Made by a program: the position numbers and the translations under genes. A DNA stretch of 64,000 nt, taken from positions 2,784,001 to 2,848,000 of the forward strand of contig OZ243972.1 of NCBI GenBank assembly GCA_965214705.1. Reading direction: 5' to 3'. The stretch comes from Alphaproteobacteria bacterium (GTDB taxonomy: Bacteria > Pseudomonadota > Alphaproteobacteria > UBA828). This document shows positions 60,185 through 64,000 of this stretch, in pieces. Each line of letters begins with the position of its first letter. The first letter of the stretch is position 1. A model generated the notes under the pieces. That model saw only the letters and a program-made list of their open reading frames with translations. It made no database searches and was not told where the DNA came from.

Positions 60185-60802
60185 CGAGGTGAACTGGGTC
60201 GCCGGGTGATTGTGCTCGCTCAGCACCTTGAACTCGAAGGTGTCGATCGAGGCCAGCATCGGGCCGGTGCGGACGGAGAAGTGGCCCAGCGGAATACCGG
60301 GGAAGTTGTGCATTCCGAATACCGCGTCCACGGGAAACCGCTCGAACAGGCCGTCGCGAACCATCCGGTTGCCGCCGCGCTCCTCGTTGCCCGTCTCCTC
60401 GGCGGGCTGGAAGATGAAGCGGACGGTGCCGTCAAACCGCCTGTTCCGCGCCAGGTACCTGGCCGCGCCGAGGAGCATGGTCGAGTGCCCGTCATGGCCG
60501 CAGGCATGCATCTTGCCGTCGTTCTGCGAGCGATGCGCGAAGTCGTTCTCCTCCTGGAGAAAGAGCGCGTCCATGTCGGCCCGCAGGCCGATGACCCGCC
60601 CGTTGGTGCCGTGTGTCAGCGTAGCCACCACGCCGGTGCCAGCGAGACCCCTGTAGACTTCCAGCCCGAAGCCCGTCAGCTTCTCGGCAATAAAGTCAGA
60701 TGTGCGGCATTCCTCGAACGCCGTCTCGGGGTGCGCGTGGAGATCCCGCCGCCAGGCCGCCAGCTCCTCGTGCATGTCCCGAATGTCGCGCATCGCGTCC
60801 AT
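60185..60802 (-). pseudogene. M20D amidohydrolase, 3'-truncated
   Basis: RRDLHAHPE, LRADMDAL, MHACGHDGH, FQPAEE, GMHN; similarity ends near 60185. Confidence 0.85.
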
Positions 60803-61010
60803 CGCCACTGTCCCTCCGAGCCTGAAGCGGGATCACGATTGCACGCAGGCTCAGGGTCGGCAAGCAAACCTCGGAAGGCTGGGAGTCGCCCAATCGTGTT
60901 GGCCGTGTGATGGACAATTGGAGTACGCTTGCCGTGACGGACGCCAGACGCGAGACAGCCGATCGGGCGGACCGTCTTCGCAAGGATGAACACCCGATGG
61001 GAGGAACGTC

Positions 61011-62279
61011 ATGCTGGACATCGGCCTAGGGAAGCGCGTGCTGCGTGCCGCGAGGCTCAGCGGTGTCGCCGCTCTCGCGCTCGGACTCGCGTCCGCATTT
61101 ACGCTGGAAGAGGCGTCTACCGAAGACAAACTGGTCAAGATCGGTGTTCTCGCCGCCTTGACGGGCCCCGGTGCCGCCGACGGCGAGGAGACGGTGCGCG
61201 GCTCCACGCTCGCCTTGGAAGAATTCCAGGCCGCCGGCGGCATGCCGGGCTACACCTTCGAGATCGAGGTCTCGGACGTGCGCGATCAGACCTCGGACGC
61301 CGTTATGAGCGGCGTCGAGCGGCTGATGAACGACGACGCGGTCGATTTCATCATGACCGGCTATGCCAGCCTCTCGAACTTCGAGATCGAGTTCATGCGC
61401 GAGGAGGAGATGCCCTATTTCGTGGCGGCCAACTCGCAGCAGACTCGGGAGATCGTGAGCAAGGATCCGGAAGCATACTGGATGGTCTGGTCGCTGACCC
61501 CGTCATACGACGCCTATGAGACCGAGATGCTCCCGGTGGTGGAGGGACTCGCAGCGAGCGGGGCGATCGAGCTCAAAAACAAGAAGCTCGCGATCATCTC
61601 CTCCGACAATGCCTACTCGAAAACGATTTATAACGGGCTGAAGAAGAGCTTCTCTGGCGCGGGCTGGGAGATCGTCGTCGACGAGGTGATCCCGAGCGGC
61701 GAGGTCAACGATTGGCGCGCCTTCCTCGCCAAGGTCCGGCAGGACCCGCCGGATCTCGTGGTCAACACGGACTGGGTACCGGCCAATGCCTCGACCTTCA
61801 TCACCCAGTTCTTGGAAGATCCGACCGACAGCCTGGTCTTCATCCAGTACGGCCCCTCGGTGCCGGAATTCCTCGACCTCACCAAGGACAAGGCGACAGG
61901 TGTGATCTACAACCTGCTTGGCGGCCATGTCCCCACGATTCCGCGCACCAAGGAAGTGATGGGGAAATACGAGGAGCGCTGGGGCTCGGCGCCCGGTCCC
62001 TATGGCGTCGGTCTCTACGAGATGATGCAGCTTTACCTGGAGGTGGCGCAGAAGGTCGGTGATCCGACCGACCGCAGGGCCATGGCGAATGCGCTGTCGC
62101 AGACGGACAAGGTGGTGTCCGAAGGCCGGCTGGTGTTCGACCCGGCGACGCACCTCGCGCGTCAGGGCAACGACTATATCCCGATCACGTTCTACCAAAT
62201 TTGGGACGGTGAGCGGACGCTGTTCTACCCGGACCAATGGAAGAATGGCGAATTCAGACGTCCGCCTTGGATGCAGTAG
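61011..62279 (+). CDS. Branched-chain-type ABC substrate-binding protein
   Basis: Signal peptide, VKIGVLAALTGP; upstream of Liv-type ATPases. Confidence 0.88.
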   Translation: MLDIGLGKRVLRAARLSGVAALALGLASAFTLEEASTEDKLVKIGVLAALTGPGAADGEETVRGSTLALEEFQAAGGMPGYTFEIEVSDVRDQTSDAVMSGVERLMNDDAVDFIMTGYASLSNFEIEFMREEEMPYFVAANSQQTREIVSKDPEAYWMVWSLTPSYDAYETEMLPVVEGLAASGAIELKNKKLAIISSDNAYSKTIYNGLKKSFSGAGWEIVVDEVIPSGEVNDWRAFLAKVRQDPPDLVVNTDWVPANASTFITQFLEDPTDSLVFIQYGPSVPEFLDLTKDKATGVIYNLLGGHVPTIPRTKEVMGKYEERWGSAPGPYGVGLYEMMQLYLEVAQKVGDPTDRRAMANALSQTDKVVSEGRLVFDPATHLARQGNDYIPITFYQIWDGERTLFYPDQWKNGEFRRPPWMQ

Positions 62280-62353
62280 GCAGTTCCAATCGTCGCCCGG
62301 TCGCCTCGTTGGGCGGCCGGGCGGCGTCCGCGTTCTTCCTGTAGTCTTCGGTC

Positions 62354-63094
62354 GTGGATTCGATCCTCGTCGTCGACGGCGTCTCCAAGTCGTTCGGCTC
62401 GCTCCGGGCTGTCGATGACGTGTCGCTCTCGGTCGAACAGGGCGAGATATTCGGCATCGCGGGGCCAAACGGCAGCGGCAAGAGCACGCTGTTCAATATC
62501 ATCACCTCCATCCCCTTCCCGGCCGATTCGGGCCGCATCGTCTTCGAGGGGAAGCAGATACAGCGCATGCGTGCAAACAGGATCTGCCGGTCCGGCCTGG
62601 CGCGTACCTTCCAGAAGGAAACCGCATTCGACACGCTGTCGACACTCGACAACGTGATCCTCGGCTCGACCTATGGACGCGGCACGTACGACAGCGCGGA
62701 GAGCCGGAGGCAGGCCAGCGAGACGCTTGAGTTCGTCGGCATCGGCGCGGACCAGTTCGAGAGGCCCGCGGCGGAACTATCCGTCTTCGACAAGAAGCGT
62801 CTGATGATCGCGTCCGCCATCGTCACGGAGCCGCGCGTGCTCCTGCTCGACGAGCCTGCATCGGGCCTGACCAAGCCGGAGATCGACGAGACGATCGATC
62901 TGATCCGGCGCCTGAACGAGCGCGGCGTGACGCTGCTCGTCATCGAGCATGTGTTGCCGCTGCTGCTGTCGGTGTCGGCGCGGTTGCTGGTGCTCAACCA
63001 CGGAAGCGAGCTCGTCACCGGCACGCCTGACGACGTCATCCGCGATCCCCACGTGGTCGAAGCCTATCTCGGCTCGCGTGCGAGTCATGAGTGA
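62354..63094 (+). CDS. livG: ABC ATP-binding protein, LivG-like
   Basis: GPNGSGKST, ARTFQ, LLDEPASGL, VVEAYLG. Confidence 0.88.
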   Translation: MDSILVVDGVSKSFGSLRAVDDVSLSVEQGEIFGIAGPNGSGKSTLFNIITSIPFPADSGRIVFEGKQIQRMRANRICRSGLARTFQKETAFDTLSTLDNVILGSTYGRGTYDSAESRRQASETLEFVGIGADQFERPAAELSVFDKKRLMIASAIVTEPRVLLLDEPASGLTKPEIDETIDLIRRLNERGVTLLVIEHVLPLLLSVSARLLVLNHGSELVTGTPDDVIRDPHVVEAYLGSRASHE

Positions 63095-63114
63095 GCGCAA
63101 GAGGTCCACGCGGA

Positions 63115-63834
63115 ATGGCTGAGCCGATCCTCGATATCCGTGAGGTCTCGGTGGGCTACGGCAAGACCCAGGTCCTCTGGGACATCAGCCTCACGGTGCC
63201 CGAGGGTCAGCAAATCGGCCTGTTCGGCCCCAACGGACACGGCAAGACGACCCTACTGCGCACGATCTCTGGACTGCTCAGGCCCTGGAGCGGCGAGATG
63301 CATCTCAGGGGTCAGCGGATCGACAAGGCCCTGCCGCGCGCCATCGTCGATCGCGGCGTCGTTCAGGTGCCGCAGGGAAATGTGCTCTTCCCCGAGCTCA
63401 CCGTGGCAGAAAATCTGCGTCTCGGCGCTTATTGCAGGCGGGCACGGCCGCGGCAGGCGGACAATTTGGCGCGGGTCTACGACCTGTTTCCGCGTCTCAA
63501 GGAGCGCCGTCGCCAGCAGGCGAAGACCCTCTCCGGCGGCGAGCGTCAGATGCTTGCAATCGGCGCGGGCCTCATGGGCGAGCCCACGATGCTTATGCTG
63601 GACGAGCCGACACTCGGCCTCGCGCCGAAACTCAAGGACGAATTGTTGGATGCAATCGCGGAAATATCGCGCTCGGGCGTGCCGCTGATGCTGGTGGAGC
63701 AGGACCTGGAGTTCCTGCTCGCGCTTACGGACCGCCTCTACATGATCAACCACGGTGTGGTCGCGCTCGACCTCGACGCCGGCGAAGGCTTCGATCACGA
63801 CCAGATCATCCAGATGTATTTCGGCAAGGAGTGA
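63115..63834 (+). CDS. livF: ABC ATP-binding protein, LivF-like
   Basis: GPNGHGKTT, LFPRLKER, LSGGERQMLAI, LDEPTLGLAP. Confidence 0.88.
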   Translation: MAEPILDIREVSVGYGKTQVLWDISLTVPEGQQIGLFGPNGHGKTTLLRTISGLLRPWSGEMHLRGQRIDKALPRAIVDRGVVQVPQGNVLFPELTVAENLRLGAYCRRARPRQADNLARVYDLFPRLKERRRQQAKTLSGGERQMLAIGAGLMGEPTMLMLDEPTLGLAPKLKDELLDAIAEISRSGVPLMLVEQDLEFLLALTDRLYMINHGVVALDLDAGEGFDHDQIIQMYFGKE

Positions 63835-63837
63835 CCG

Positions 63838-64000
63838 GTGGACGCCGGCACAGCGCAATCGGTCCTACTGAGCGGCATCGTCCTCGGCTCGCTCTATGCG
63901 CTCATGGCGACCGGACTCTCCCTCATCTGGACCACGCTCGGCATCTTCAACTTCGCGCACGGCGTGTTCATGACCATCGGCGCCTTCATCGCTTGGCAGA
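63838..64000 (+). CDS. livH: ABC permease, LivH-like, runs off window
   Basis: GIVLGSLYALMATGLSLIW...FNFAHG. Confidence 0.85.
   Translation, partial: MDAGTAQSVLLSGIVLGSLYALMATGLSLIWTTLGIFNFAHGVFMTIGAFIAWQ

Overview
High-GC window from what looks like an alphaproteobacterial chromosome. The left part (0.6-15.4 kb) holds a polyamine-type ABC operon ending in a divergent groEL-like gene with no groES. It also has a voltage-gated channel with a TLEDWTD filter, an IS copy in front of a LysR gene, tRNA-Lys(UUU) and hisZ-purA. From the tyrosine integrase at 16.9 kb to a truncated M20 hydrolase at about 60.2 kb lies a decaying mobile mosaic. Its cargo includes histidine decarboxylase plus an ACT protein, YcaQ, sox remnants, a TonB receptor pseudogene, ankyrin and zinc-finger proteins, and an ICE/plasmid-like ssb-primase-DUF2493 module. 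It also carries a complete group II intron and a type I-C CRISPR-Cas locus wrecked by nested insertions: ISKra4 containing an IS21 with cargo, an IS4 remnant, and a MITE inside a spacer. Further right are an integrase/IS91-like element interrupted by an IS1111-type IS110, a VapBC pair, and an IS1634 flanked by a ~250 bp direct repeat. A Liv-type ABC operon runs off the right edge. The most notable signal is in the IS110 3' non-coding end, a readable bridge/seek RNA whose target loop matches the actual insertion site and spells the [F/Y]NSC codons of IS91-family transposases. This suggests an RNA-guided element programmed to insert into another transposon family. All calls come from reading the sequence by eye; no database searches or folding programs were run.
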